Part shown: positions 39,296 through 49,543 of the stretch, in pieces
How positions within the stretch are numbered: position 1 is the first letter of the stretch
How the letters are laid out: each line of letters begins with the position of its first letter
DNA from: an uncultured Pseudobdellovibrionaceae bacterium
Lineage (GTDB): Bacteria; Bdellovibrionota; Bdellovibrionia; Bdellovibrionales; UBA1609
Direction of reading: 5' to 3'
DNA length: 64,000 nucleotides
NCBI GenBank assembly: GCA_963803705.1
Contig: CAWDNU010000001.1
Location: 448,001-512,000, forward strand
Translations under genes and position numbers: made by a program
The notes under the pieces: generated by a model
What the model saw: only the letters and a program-made list of their open reading frames with translations
Told to the model about the DNA's origin: nothing
Databases searched by the model: none

Positions 39296-40301
39296 AAATA
39301 CATTTGGTGCACTTTTCAGGGTGCATAGTTTTGGTGAAAGCCACGGTCCATCAATAGGAGTTGTGATAGACGGCTGTCCAGCAGGGCTTGTCTTAGATGA
39401 AAAAAAAATCAACAAATTTCTTGAACGTCGTCGTCCTGGTCAAAATGAATTTGTGACTTCAAGAAATGAGCCTGATCAATTTAAGATCTTAAGCGGACTG
39501 TTCGAAAATACAACTTTAGGAACACCGCTGGCGTTTGAAGTTTTAAACTTAGATAAGCAATCTAAAGATTACGATAATTCAAAACCTAGAAAAGGGCATG
39601 CAGACTCTGTATGGAAGCTTAAATTTGGACTGGCTGATCATAGGGGCGGCGGAAGGTCTTCTGGCAGAGAAACCCTAAGCCGTGTTTTAGCTGGTGCAGT
39701 TGCACGCATGCTTCTTGAAAAACTTTGTCCAAAGCTGTCAGTGATGGTTTGGATTGACAGTGTGGGTCCAATAAAAAACAGCTTAGAGTTTTCTGATTTC
39801 AGATCCACTTTTAAGATTTATGAAGGGTTAGCTGCGGATTTGGGATTTCCAGATTGTTTAAGAACTAATGATCTAAAAGCTTTATTAAAAGATGCCAAAG
39901 AAAATGGTGAAAGCTACGGTGGGGTAATCAAGGTAAAAGTTCAAAACTTATTGCCTGGTTTAGGTCAGCCTGTTTTTTCTAAGCTAAAATCCGATCTTGC
40001 GTCAGCTATTTTTTCAATCGGAGCTGTGCAGGGAATGAGCTTAGGTGAAAAAAATGTCAATTTGAAAGGCACAGAATTTCACAGCCTTGATGCTCCATAT
40101 GGAGGTATTCAGGGTGGCATATCAACAGGTGCAGATATTGATCTTGAAATATTGTTGAAACCAACATCTAGTATACTGGACACTGCTAAACTCGGCCGAC
40201 ATGACCCTTGTATTCTACCGCGCGCGCTAGTGGTGATAGAATCCATGATTTGCCTTGTTTTAGCTGACCATTTGCTTTTGTCCCGCGTTGATCGCATTTG
40301 A
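39285..40301 (+). CDS. aroC: Chorismate synthase
   Basis: FGESHG, RRRPGQ, GGGRSSGRET, GGIQGGIS, KPTSSI, GRHDPC. Confidence 0.96.
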   Translation: MSFKNTFGALFRVHSFGESHGPSIGVVIDGCPAGLVLDEKKINKFLERRRPGQNEFVTSRNEPDQFKILSGLFENTTLGTPLAFEVLNLDKQSKDYDNSKPRKGHADSVWKLKFGLADHRGGGRSSGRETLSRVLAGAVARMLLEKLCPKLSVMVWIDSVGPIKNSLEFSDFRSTFKIYEGLAADLGFPDCLRTNDLKALLKDAKENGESYGGVIKVKVQNLLPGLGQPVFSKLKSDLASAIFSIGAVQGMSLGEKNVNLKGTEFHSLDAPYGGIQGGISTGADIDLEILLKPTSSILDTAKLGRHDPCILPRALVVIESMICLVLADHLLLSRVDRI

Positions 40302-40308
40302 GGGTTTA

Positions 40309-41685
40309 ATGAAATGCTTCTTAGTCTTATGTTGCTTTAGTCTATCCAGCTGCGCTTTCTTTTCTTCTGATTTAAATAAAATTAAAAATGACCATAAGGT
40401 CGAGTTGCTTCGGCATCAAGAAAAAGATCTTCATCCATTTGCTATAATTCAGGGGCTAACAACTGAGTCATCAACAGAAATCAAGGTTATTGCTAAAACA
40501 GTAAAAGAAATAAGTTTTAAGCTTTTTTACAACGAAAAAGAAATTAAAACGATAAAAGTGGTAGATACCGAAGCCGGCAAAACTGGATATACAATCTACA
40601 ACTTAATTATTTCAAGCTTAAAAATCGACACCAACTACACATTGCAGGTTATAGAAAAAAATATGATTGCAGATCAGCGTAATTTTCAAACTGTAAATTT
40701 GGAAATGGTGCATCCTAACATTGGTGTTGTGTCTTGCATGCATGACAAATATAAAACGACCCAGTTTAAAATGTGGAATGATTATCTAAAACAAAATCCA
40801 ACTTATACCTTTATGATTGGTGATAACGTTTATGCGGACACACTTATTCGGTCGGGCCAAAAAAAGTTTATTTTTAAATATGCAACGGAAGCAAATTTGT
40901 GGAAAAGATATATTCAGACCTTTAAAACATTGTCTTACTACCGTGCATCCAGATTAGTGCCAACTTTAGGCATTTGGGACGATCATGATTACGGGTACAA
41001 TAATGGAGACGAGTCTTATCCATACAAAGCAGAATCTTTAAAAGTCTTTCAAGCTTTCTATGGCTTCAGCTCAGAGGCCTTAAAGTCTAAAAAACCCGTG
41101 GTGAGTCCACTTGAAGGTGCTGGATACGTTTTTAAAGCTTTCGGTCAAAATTTTGTTTTTATAGACAATAGAACATTTAGATCCAAGTCTTTAAAAACTG
41201 AAAAAAAGAATGAGACTCATCTTGGCCCAAAACAAACTGCAGAAATAATAAATATTTTGAAATCAAAGATACCTACCTGGCTTATTAAGGGTGATCAGTT
41301 TTTCGGAGCTTATCATAGATTTGAATCATTTGAAGGCGATCATCCTAATGACTTTTCAAATTTCTTGAGCGCGATCAAAAAAAGCTCTTCCAGGGTGCTA
41401 TTTGTAAGTGGAGATCGCCACTTAAACGAGTTGATGAAAATTGAAGAAGAGCTTTTGGGATACGAGACCTTCGAACTTACTTCAAGCGCCATACACGCGG
41501 CTATTTTTCCAAACGCTTGGAAAAAAAACCCAAACAGCAGGCAAGTTCAGGGTTTTTCTGGAATTCACAATTACTCTGTTGTCAAAATACAAAGTGTTTC
41601 CCCCTGGGCGCTTACTGTGACTTCATATGGTCCTGATCTAAAAGTATTATTTCAAGAAAATTTAGAAATAGGACAAAAAAAATAG
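40309..41685 (+). CDS. PhoD-like alkaline phosphatase lipoprotein
   Basis: Lipobox LSSC; GDNVYAD, WDDHDY, DNRTFR, SGDRH. Confidence 0.85.
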   Translation: MKCFLVLCCFSLSSCAFFSSDLNKIKNDHKVELLRHQEKDLHPFAIIQGLTTESSTEIKVIAKTVKEISFKLFYNEKEIKTIKVVDTEAGKTGYTIYNLIISSLKIDTNYTLQVIEKNMIADQRNFQTVNLEMVHPNIGVVSCMHDKYKTTQFKMWNDYLKQNPTYTFMIGDNVYADTLIRSGQKKFIFKYATEANLWKRYIQTFKTLSYYRASRLVPTLGIWDDHDYGYNNGDESYPYKAESLKVFQAFYGFSSEALKSKKPVVSPLEGAGYVFKAFGQNFVFIDNRTFRSKSLKTEKKNETHLGPKQTAEIINILKSKIPTWLIKGDQFFGAYHRFESFEGDHPNDFSNFLSAIKKSSSRVLFVSGDRHLNELMKIEEELLGYETFELTSSAIHAAIFPNAWKKNPNSRQVQGFSGIHNYSVVKIQSVSPWALTVTSYGPDLKVLFQENLEIGQKK

Positions 41686-41708
41686 TTTTATTTTTTCTGC
41701 CCTATTTC
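41664..41708 (+). terminator. Imperfect ~20 bp hairpin overlapping the phoD-like stop
   Basis: GAAATAGGACAAAAAAAATA versus TATTTTTTCTGCCCTATTTC. Confidence 0.5.
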
Positions 41709-41771
41709 GTTGTTGGAAATGAAATTTTATTCTAACATTAAAATTTGCTCACTTAAAGGCAGGTTATTTCT

Positions 41772-42167
41772 ATGGAAAGTGTGTTTACTAAAATTTTAAA
41801 CAATGAGCTTCCATCTTTTAAAGTCTTCGAAGATGAACATACATTTGCGATCCTGGCTTTAAACCAAATCCAGCTTGGGCACACTCTGGTGATATCTAAG
41901 CGGCAAGAAGACCATTTTTTTGAACTAAACGATGAAGAGTACATTGCCTTAATGAGAACTACAAAAAAGTTAGCTATTGCCATAAAGAAGGCAACAGGTT
42001 GTCATCGTGTCTGCACTTTTTTTCAAGGTTTTGAAGTTCAACATGCTCATCACCATCTAGTTCCAACTCAATCGGCAAAGGATTTTAATTTGTCGATGCA
42101 GACTCAAAGGTCGACTGAGGATATGAAATTTATTCAAGCTAAAATTATCTCGGCTCTGGAAAATTGA
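41772..42167 (+). CDS. HIT family hydrolase
   Basis: GHTLVI and histidine triad HAHHHLVP. Confidence 0.9.
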   Translation: MESVFTKILNNELPSFKVFEDEHTFAILALNQIQLGHTLVISKRQEDHFFELNDEEYIALMRTTKKLAIAIKKATGCHRVCTFFQGFEVQHAHHHLVPTQSAKDFNLSMQTQRSTEDMKFIQAKIISALEN

Positions 42168-42171
42168 TCTG

Positions 42172-42636
42172 ATGAGGTCAGCTGTAATCCTTAGTTTTTT
42201 GGTAATCTGTTCTACATCGCTTGCAGGAATCGTAGTCAGACCATCTTTTGGAATAAGCGCTGGGGAATATCAAGAACAAACTTTTAGTGAGATTAAAATT
42301 GGTGGTGCGATTCATTTTATTCAAGCGCCTTTTGCAATTCAACTTCACGGCTTTAGAAGATTTGCCAGGCAAGCTGATGATTTTTACGGTTTAGAATTAG
42401 ACTTGAAAATTAAAAGGCAGTTTAAGGTTTCGAACGATTATTTATTTGGAACTTATTTTGGTCCCGGATATAGGTACGTTAGCCGAGATCTTGATGCCCC
42501 AACTTTGGATTTCTCCTTTGTATTATCTAAAGCTAAAATATATAGTATATTCTTGGGCTACAAAGTGATTATGTTAGACTGGATGAGCAATGATTTCCAA
42601 AATGACAGTCTAGTATATTTGGGCGTCCAGCTTTAA
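42172..42636 (+). CDS. Exported hypothetical protein, small beta-barrel-like
   Basis: Signal peptide; alternating aromatic strands. Confidence 0.6.
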   Translation: MRSAVILSFLVICSTSLAGIVVRPSFGISAGEYQEQTFSEIKIGGAIHFIQAPFAIQLHGFRRFARQADDFYGLELDLKIKRQFKVSNDYLFGTYFGPGYRYVSRDLDAPTLDFSFVLSKAKIYSIFLGYKVIMLDWMSNDFQNDSLVYLGVQL

Positions 42637-42649
42637 GCAGGAGAATTAA

Positions 42650-43201
42650 ATGATCCATATTATAGTAGGCACTGATAGACCTGGTTCAAACTCTTTAAAG
42701 GTGGCCCAGATAGCTAAGAAAAGATTTTCAGATTTGAATATCAAAACTGATATTGTTGAGTTAGAAAAACTACCCTTGAATGAGCTATCTGGTTCAATGT
42801 ATGGCTCTAAAGACAAATACCCGAAGGCTGTTGCCAATGTAATCGATTCTTTAAACGAGAGCGACGGTTTTTACATCATTTGTCCCGAATATAATGGGTC
42901 GATGCCTGGCGTTCTAAAGCATTTCATTGATTTTTGGGAGTATCCAAAAACATTCGAGAATAGACCAGTTGCTTTTGTAGGCTTAGGTGGCCGTTTTGGC
43001 GGACTAAGGCCTGTGGAACATTTACAGCAAGTATTTGGTTACAGAAATGCTTATATTTTTCCCGAAAGAATTTTTATTAGCAATGTTTGGGAAGGTCTAA
43101 ATCCTGAGGGTTTGTTAGATGAAGTGGTAGACAAATTGTGGCTTACACAGATCAAAAGATTTTCTAAATTTGTCGGTGTGGGCAAACTGGTTGATTTTTA
43201 A
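42650..43201 (+). CDS. NADPH-dependent FMN reductase
   Basis: GTDRPGSNS, PEYNGSMPGVLKHFID, GGLR. Confidence 0.92.
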   Translation: MIHIIVGTDRPGSNSLKVAQIAKKRFSDLNIKTDIVELEKLPLNELSGSMYGSKDKYPKAVANVIDSLNESDGFYIICPEYNGSMPGVLKHFIDFWEYPKTFENRPVAFVGLGGRFGGLRPVEHLQQVFGYRNAYIFPERIFISNVWEGLNPEGLLDEVVDKLWLTQIKRFSKFVGVGKLVDF

Positions 43202-43218
43202 TTAGTAGGAGAAAAAAA

Positions 43219-44019
43219 ATGGATACTAAAAATTTTTTTGATCAAATCTGGAAACAGTATATCAGTTTAAACCCTGACGCTTTAAAAATTCATCAATTGT
43301 TAGAGGCTAAGGGTGAAGATGTCATAAACGATCATGTTGCTTACAGAACTTTAAAACATGACAAACTAGGTATTGGGTCCTTGTCAAAATTTTTTGAAGA
43401 CCGCGGCTACGAACAGAAATCAGACTATCATTTTGAATTAAAGAAACTTTACGCCATCCACATGGAGCACAAAACAGACCCCACCTTACCTAAAGTTTTT
43501 ATTAGTGAACTGTTGTTGGAAAAATTTTCAGATGAATTGCAAGCTATCCTCACAAACGCGGTAGATCAAATACCATCCAATCTTATTCAAAATGAGTCTT
43601 TGTGCATAGCAGGGCGTCCTTGGACCGCTAATTTTAAGACTTACGAGAAGCTTTACGACGAAAGTGAATATGCTGCTTGGTTTTACGCTTATGGGTTCTG
43701 TGCTAATCATTTTACTGTAAATGTTAATAGTTTAAAATCCTTTCAGAACATCAATCAGCTTAACGAGTTTCTGATAAAAAGTGGATTTTCTATGAACAGC
43801 AGCGGAGGGCTTATTAAGGGTTCTCAACAGGATTACCTGGAGCAAAGTTCAACAATGGCATTTGAAAAAGAAGTCTTATTTTCGGATGGGGCACACACAG
43901 TGCCATCATGCTATTACGAATTTGCCAAAAGATATAAGATGGATAATGGTCAGATTTATCAAGGTTTTGTGGCTAAATCTGCCGATAAGATTTTTGAGAG
44001 TACTAACAAGAGAAACTAA
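43219..44019 (+). CDS. DUF1338 family protein (2-oxoadipate dioxygenase/decarboxylase-like)
   Basis: NDHVAYRT, PKVFISEL, ESEYAAW, NHFT, LEQSST, YYEFAKR. Confidence 0.85.
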   Translation: MDTKNFFDQIWKQYISLNPDALKIHQLLEAKGEDVINDHVAYRTLKHDKLGIGSLSKFFEDRGYEQKSDYHFELKKLYAIHMEHKTDPTLPKVFISELLLEKFSDELQAILTNAVDQIPSNLIQNESLCIAGRPWTANFKTYEKLYDESEYAAWFYAYGFCANHFTVNVNSLKSFQNINQLNEFLIKSGFSMNSSGGLIKGSQQDYLEQSSTMAFEKEVLFSDGAHTVPSCYYEFAKRYKMDNGQIYQGFVAKSADKIFESTNKRN

Positions 44020-44106
44020 ACCTGTTGTGCGATTAAATTTTAATTTCACGAAGACCGAATATAACAAAATTAGATTAAAAAAATAGATAGAAAAAGGAAT
44101 CTTTTA

Positions 44107-44802
44107 ATGAAAAAAATTGCTGTTATTATCACCTTAATAAATCTAATGTTATTTTCTCAAAAGGCTATGGCCCTTGCAGAATTTGGCACCCTTCATTCTT
44201 CTGATCCTGGAACTGTTGTAATCACTGTGGATGACGGTAACCCGATAAAACGTTACTGCATCATAGAATTAACTGTAAATGACAAAAAGATAAAGTGGAT
44301 AAGTCATCCCCTAAGTGAAGCCTTCGTAAAGCGAACTCCTAAATTTATATATAACTTCAATGATAAAAAACTGTTAATCGGATCTACTGGTAAAGATAAA
44401 AAAGACAACACCAATGCTCAGTTGCATATTTACACAAAAGAAGAACAAACCTTAGATATGATAGCCGGTACACCGTGTACGGATAGAGCTGAAATTACTG
44501 TTGAAAACAAATTTGCTAAGTTTTCCTGTGCGGATAAATTAAAAACAGTTAAATTTAAAACTTCAATTAGCGACAAAGTAGGAGTGCCATTTCCACCTGA
44601 GGCTATAAAGTTTGTTGATCGGGTTTTTGAGTCAAAAAATGATGATTGGCGTTTTGAAATAGCTGAAACAGATGATTACTTTAAAGATCGATTGCTTATA
44701 GTAGAAAAAAATCAAGTTTTAAAAGAGTACAAAGCAAAGGATTTTATGCGCTGTTTTGAGTATGAAACTTTAAAAGGGTCTCAAAATAAGTTTTCAGAAT
44801 AA
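44107..44802 (+). CDS. Secreted hypothetical protein
   Basis: Signal peptide ending in AMA; no family recognised. Confidence 0.7.
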   Translation: MKKIAVIITLINLMLFSQKAMALAEFGTLHSSDPGTVVITVDDGNPIKRYCIIELTVNDKKIKWISHPLSEAFVKRTPKFIYNFNDKKLLIGSTGKDKKDNTNAQLHIYTKEEQTLDMIAGTPCTDRAEITVENKFAKFSCADKLKTVKFKTSISDKVGVPFPPEAIKFVDRVFESKNDDWRFEIAETDDYFKDRLLIVEKNQVLKEYKAKDFMRCFEYETLKGSQNKFSE

Positions 44803-44874
44803 CTAGTTTTGACAGTATCAAAACAGGTCCGAAAATCGGATTTGAGATTTAAATTTTTAGGCGAAATTAGAAAC

Positions 44875-45366
44875 TTACTTCCAAATAGAAAGCTTGTGCG
44901 GCCACAGTCTTGGGACTGTGCTCATATATTCTATATACTTTTGACCGAACTGTTTTTTTAAAAAGTGTTCTTCAAATTTAATTTTTACTATAAGAATCAT
45001 AAGCAATGTTAGGCCTAATGAAAAAGCTAAAATTGAATCGAAAAATAATGCCCAGCCCGAGGTTAGAACAAACCCAGACAAATACATTGGATTTCTGACC
45101 ATTGAAAAAGGCCAGTTGGTTACTAATCTTGAAGATTTCCGTTGTTCAGCCCTAATTTCAAAATTTGATTTCATAGTAAAAATCGATGATAAAAATAAAT
45201 GCGCGCCAAAACCACAGATAGCGGCACCTAAAAGCTGAGAATAAGTCAAAGACCAAAAATTAATTTTTAAATATGATCCGTTATATATTGGAAGATAAAA
45301 GATAAGTCCAATTAGAAGCAACTGAACACATAAAATTGTATGAGCTAATGTTCTTTTAATCTTCAA
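44875..45366 (-). CDS. Isoprenylcysteine carboxylmethyltransferase/PEMT family membrane protein
   Basis: LVTNWPFSMVRNPMY, EEHFL...FG..Y.EY..VPR. Confidence 0.88.
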   Translation of the reverse strand: MKIKRTLAHTILCVQLLLIGLIFYLPIYNGSYLKINFWSLTYSQLLGAAICGFGAHLFLSSIFTMKSNFEIRAEQRKSSRLVTNWPFSMVRNPMYLSGFVLTSGWALFFDSILAFSLGLTLLMILIVKIKFEEHFLKKQFGQKYIEYMSTVPRLWPHKLSIWK

Positions 45367-46051
45367 TAGAATACTCGAACGGGTAATCCATTCTTGGAAT
45401 CATTGCCTGTTTAACTTCCGAAAACCATTGCTTTTTCTGAGGATCCCAGCGGAAACCAATTCTGCGGGCTTTGTCTCTGTCATCATAGCCTACATGAGCA
45501 AGAACTCTTACCAAGGGTGATTTTTGTAAAGAGACTATTTCATCTATATCGTAGCTTGCCAGCAGCTTTAATGTCGTTAAAACATCAAAAAGTGCTCTGT
45601 GTGAAAAGGGATTAATAAATCCGTGTTCAGCAGCTAGGTAAGATAGCTTTCTTGTTTTAATATCCTGAGCATATGGAACATCTGTCATAGTATCAATCCA
45701 TGGTTTTTTAATTTTAGACATTTGATAACTTGCGTAGGCTTGGCTTAAAAACTCAGAGTCAAAATTAACAGCATTGTGTCCAACTAAATATTCGGCTTGC
45801 ACTACAAGCTCGTTTAAAATTTTAAGAGCGTCACTTAATGGTATTCCATAGGTCTTTAGATCGTTTGCGGTGATTCCAGTGATACTTTGGACTTCACTGG
45901 GCAATTCAATATTATCGAAATATATTAGCTCGTTAAAAACTTTTTTAGGGCTACCAGTTTTAGTTTCCCAAAGCACTGCGCCTATCTCTATGATTTGGTC
46001 TTTTTCATAATCAAGACCTGAAGTCTCTAAGTCTAAGCCTAAGATAAGCAT
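45356..46051 (-). CDS. DEDDh 3'-5' exonuclease (DnaQ-like) with C-terminal DUF5710-like domain
   Basis: DLETSG, GHNAVNFD, HRALFD; C-terminal YDDRDKAR..GFRWD..KQW. Confidence 0.88.
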   Translation of the reverse strand: MLILGLDLETSGLDYEKDQIIEIGAVLWETKTGSPKKVFNELIYFDNIELPSEVQSITGITANDLKTYGIPLSDALKILNELVVQAEYLVGHNAVNFDSEFLSQAYASYQMSKIKKPWIDTMTDVPYAQDIKTRKLSYLAAEHGFINPFSHRALFDVLTTLKLLASYDIDEIVSLQKSPLVRVLAHVGYDDRDKARRIGFRWDPQKKQWFSEVKQAMIPRMDYPFEYSIED

Positions 46052-46140
46052 GTATATTCCTTTTTTTAATATTTTTCATTTATTTTAAAGACCCTAAAGC
46101 TATGTCCAAGGCTTGTCCAGAAGAACGCAGTTTACCGCGT

Positions 46141-46188
46141 TTCGCTGTCTATTTCACTCGAAGCTAGCGTTACTCGCTGGAACTTTTC
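46141..46188 (-). repeat. Structured intergenic repeat, family 2, copy C (partial or diverged)
   Basis: Minus strand GAAAAGTTCCAGCGAGTAACGCTAG...TAGACAGCGAA. Confidence 0.6.
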
Positions 46189-46234
46189 TTCGCTTAAAAG
46201 TGGCGGGGGTCTAAAAGACCCCCATGAACGAACC

Positions 46235-46602
46235 TGTAAGTTTGTCATTAAGCCGGATTCTGTAGTTTTAAAAATCGTCACAATTTTTAAAACCAATCAT
46301 CATTCCTCTAGGATCTAAGTTGCCTTAAATCTCAAGCAATCTACCCGGAAACTTGGTGCGAGCCACACTCGTAGCGTTTCCCTATTTGATCTTGCTTCGC
46401 GCAGAGTTTAGCTGTTTTCACTCCAACGGCTCCTCAAAGATCTCCCGTACCCGATCTAAGGCTCATAGCTTTGGACATTCTTTCTGTTCCACTGTTCCTC
46501 ACCTTACGGTGGAGGGGCATTACCCCATGCGCTACTCTATAAAGTCCGGACTTTCCTCGAAAAAGACAAAGTCATTCTCGCGATGATTTTTCGAAACTTA
46601 CA
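46235..46602 (-). ncRNA. rnpB: RNase P RNA
   Basis: Minus strand GAGGAAAGTCCGGAC near the 5' end and ACAGAATCCGGCTTA near the 3' end; P1 helix TGTAAGTTT/AAACTTACA closes the ends. Confidence 0.95.
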
Positions 46603-46659
46603 CCACAATTCATATTAAATTTAGGACTATATGACAAGTTTTCTTTGTAGAGTTTAAAT

Positions 46660-48930
46660 TCAAAACCAACCTTTATCCTCAACCACCAACTCGATGTCTT
46701 CTTCTGGCAATGGAATATAAAGAGTTGGGGCATCTTCAGTTAATCTAAAGCTAGAGTAGTCCTTAGTTTGAAGATTTTCTGGCCAATTGAAATCGTCTGA
46801 AACCTGTCCAAGATCTTCAATAGACTTCATATAATCTAGCCACACCGGTAAGGGTTGGCCAGCACCAGAAAGTTTGCTTCCAGTGCCCTGATCGTAACCA
46901 ACCCAGGATATTGCAACATGTTCACTGGAAAATCCTGCAAACCAAGCATCTTTGTGAAAACTTGTGGTACCTGTTTTACCAGCGTAACTGCCTTTGAGCT
47001 TCCAGCTTTGTGAAGATCTAGCTGTTCCATATTTTAAAGTATTTTTCAACATTCCTACAACTTGACCAGCCTGATCTTTGTGTTCGAATTCTAATGGTTG
47101 ATCAGGTATGAATTCATATAAAATGTCACCATCCATTTTTTCTATTTTTTTAACGTAATGAATCTTTGGTGCATCGCCAAACTGTGACAGTGCAGAATAC
47201 AATTGCAAAACTTCTAACGGGTAAAATTCGAAAGTTCCAAGTATTAAAGCAGGATAAGGCTTTAACCTATCTGTAACTCCAAATTTGTCTACAAGATCGA
47301 TAATCTTTTGAGGGTCCGTATGCTCTAACCCCACCCTGGCAGTCGGTATATTTAAAGACAGCATTAAAGCCTGAAATAAATAAACTTCACCCCCAAAGGC
47401 GGCTTTATTATAATTTGCGGGCTCCCAAGATTTAAGCTTGTCTTTGTAAATAAACTTTTCATTACTTATTAAAGATAGCGGAGTTAAGTCTTTATCCTCA
47501 ATAAGGGCTGACAGGTATACAAAAGGCTTCATTAAAGATCCGATAGGTCTAAAATTTAGAATTGCTCTATTGTAAGGACTTGCTTGAAAACTAGATCCAC
47601 CCACTAATGCCAAAACTTCGCCAGTTTTGGGGTTGGCAGAAACAATTAAATTTTCAAGTTTTTCAGGATTTTTAAAGCGTTCTTTAAAATCCTTCACTCT
47701 TTTTTTTGCTACCCGTTCAGCAGCCTTTTGATGATCAGCTGAAAGCGTGGTGTAGACTCGCAGACCTTCGCTTGGATCTATATCTTGCTGCTTAATAAAG
47801 GCGTTTACTGCGTTTACGAAGTAAGGTGCCAAAAAAGTGTCGCTTTTTTTAGAGAAAATCTCTAAGTTCTCGTTTGCAGAAGCTTTAAATTCGTCTTCTT
47901 TTATCCATTTAAGGTCACGCATACGTTCCAGCACTGCAACTATCCGAAGCCTATTATTCTTAGTCTTATGTGGCCCATAAATACCAGGTCCTTTAACTGA
48001 ACCTGCCAGTGATGCGCACTCGCGAATTGATAGTTTATCTATTTTTTTATTAAAATAAAATTGAGCGGCAGCAGGGAACCCTCTGACCTCAAAAGGTCCA
48101 TCCTGACCCATATAAATAATATTTAAATAGCTTTCTAAAATCTTATTTTTATCTACTGTTATTTCGATAAGTATTGCCATAACAGCTTCTCTGATTTTTC
48201 GGATCAATGTTTTTTTATTAGTTAAGAACTTATTTTTTATAAGCTGCTGGGTTATGGTACTTCCACCTTCAGAAAGCCGACCAGCTTTTATGTTTCTTAT
48301 AAATGCTCTTGCAATGGACCTAGGACTGATACCTTTGTGGTCTAGAAATTTGTCGTCTTCGATTGCCAAAATGGATTCCAAGCAAAAGTCTGGAATTTGC
48401 GAAATAGAAGTGAAGTTTTGGCGGACAGCTTTTTCATCAATAAATTGTGCAAATAGCTTTCCACCAATAGATACACTTTCAATAGACTGCATTTGATTGT
48501 CCTGAAAGATTAAGATTTCTAAAATCTGGTTTGGACTTAATACGATTAGCCCGCTTTGAATTTTACTTTTGAAGACTAGGCAGCTTGACCCTGATTTTGG
48601 AAGCTGGGTGTCAATTCTCTGTTCGCAAAGGTTAACAGGAAGCAAAGTGAATTCGTTTTCCACAATGGACTGGTCTAAGCCACGCTCTGTCCACCCGCTT
48701 TCATTGAATCTATTGACTAAATTTGATGCAGAAATTTTTTGAAGACGTCGAATCTCTTGGCTTCCTGTGTAAATTTGAACTGGTTTACTGAACCAGCCTT
48801 TCTCTAAACTTGATTTAATGTCTTTGTTAACTTTTAGAGCCCATACAAAAATCAGACCTGAAAGAAAGCAGCTGATAACACCTAAAGCTAAAGCCAGTTT
48901 TTTCAAAGAACCCCCAATTAAGTAATACAT
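46660..48930 (-). CDS. mrcB: Class A penicillin-binding protein, PBP1B-like
   Basis: N-terminal TM and UB2H-like region; EDDKFLDH, GGSTITQQL, RKIRE; SLMK, SLN and KTG motifs. Confidence 0.88.
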   Translation of the reverse strand: MYYLIGGSLKKLALALGVISCFLSGLIFVWALKVNKDIKSSLEKGWFSKPVQIYTGSQEIRRLQKISASNLVNRFNESGWTERGLDQSIVENEFTLLPVNLCEQRIDTQLPKSGSSCLVFKSKIQSGLIVLSPNQILEILIFQDNQMQSIESVSIGGKLFAQFIDEKAVRQNFTSISQIPDFCLESILAIEDDKFLDHKGISPRSIARAFIRNIKAGRLSEGGSTITQQLIKNKFLTNKKTLIRKIREAVMAILIEITVDKNKILESYLNIIYMGQDGPFEVRGFPAAAQFYFNKKIDKLSIRECASLAGSVKGPGIYGPHKTKNNRLRIVAVLERMRDLKWIKEDEFKASANENLEIFSKKSDTFLAPYFVNAVNAFIKQQDIDPSEGLRVYTTLSADHQKAAERVAKKRVKDFKERFKNPEKLENLIVSANPKTGEVLALVGGSSFQASPYNRAILNFRPIGSLMKPFVYLSALIEDKDLTPLSLISNEKFIYKDKLKSWEPANYNKAAFGGEVYLFQALMLSLNIPTARVGLEHTDPQKIIDLVDKFGVTDRLKPYPALILGTFEFYPLEVLQLYSALSQFGDAPKIHYVKKIEKMDGDILYEFIPDQPLEFEHKDQAGQVVGMLKNTLKYGTARSSQSWKLKGSYAGKTGTTSFHKDAWFAGFSSEHVAISWVGYDQGTGSKLSGAGQPLPVWLDYMKSIEDLGQVSDDFNWPENLQTKDYSSFRLTEDAPTLYIPLPEEDIELVVEDKGWF

Positions 48931-48975
48931 TTCAACAACTTGACATAATTCTATTCGACTCGTTTAGTGAAACCC

Positions 48976-49251
48976 ATGAAACTTAGTCAAAACCAGATAC
49001 AAAGAATTGTACACCATCTTTTTGAGGAAATAAAAAGTTCCTCGACGACAAAGATAAAAGTCGAAGATAGCGTCCTTAAATCTTTGATCATGTCCGTTAT
49101 AAATCAAAATTTAGAAGATGAAGCCAAGCTGGATAAGCTCGTTGAAGGGATGATGGATCAACTAGAGCAGCAGAATAAAGACTTTCAAAGATATAAGATG
49201 TTTCCGCTTTTAAAGAAGAAACTTGCCGAGCAGAGAGGATTTATTTTATGA
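48976..49251 (+). CDS. DUF507 family protein
   Basis: C-terminal KMFPLLKKKLAEQRGFIL; paired with the next gene. Confidence 0.75.
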   Translation: MKLSQNQIQRIVHHLFEEIKSSSTTKIKVEDSVLKSLIMSVINQNLEDEAKLDKLVEGMMDQLEQQNKDFQRYKMFPLLKKKLAEQRGFIL

Positions 49252-49520
49252 TTTCAGAAAATAGAAGTTCTCATTTAAGTCATTTAATTTATGAAAAACT
49301 TTGGGGCGATGATGTGGTTGATTTTGGTGATGAAGCTGTGGCTTTGATGGATATCAAAAGAGGCTTCGCAAAATTTGCTAAAGAGCACAATGATATCGAT
49401 CAAAAAGCTAAATCACTAATTTCTTCACAAAGTCGTAGCATTCTTGAAGGCACTGCCGAGTGGGAAACACTTTACCGTAAATACTATGCTACTGAATTAA
49501 AAAGAATGGGTTTTGATTAA
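49248..49520 (+). CDS. DUF507 family protein
   Basis: SHLSHLI...EGTAEWETLYRKYYATEL; ATGA overlap with the previous gene. Confidence 0.75.
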   Translation: MISENRSSHLSHLIYEKLWGDDVVDFGDEAVALMDIKRGFAKFAKEHNDIDQKAKSLISSQSRSILEGTAEWETLYRKYYATELKRMGFD

Positions 49521-49543
49521 ACAAGGTCGACATTAGGATTGAT

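Noticed and set aside
41664..41708. Hairpin overlapping a gene end as another family 1 element
   Set aside because: Only about 20 bp arms and no conserved core; ordinary terminator-like hairpin
46353..46586. 77 aa + strand ORF
   Set aside because: Lies antisense within the RNase P RNA gene
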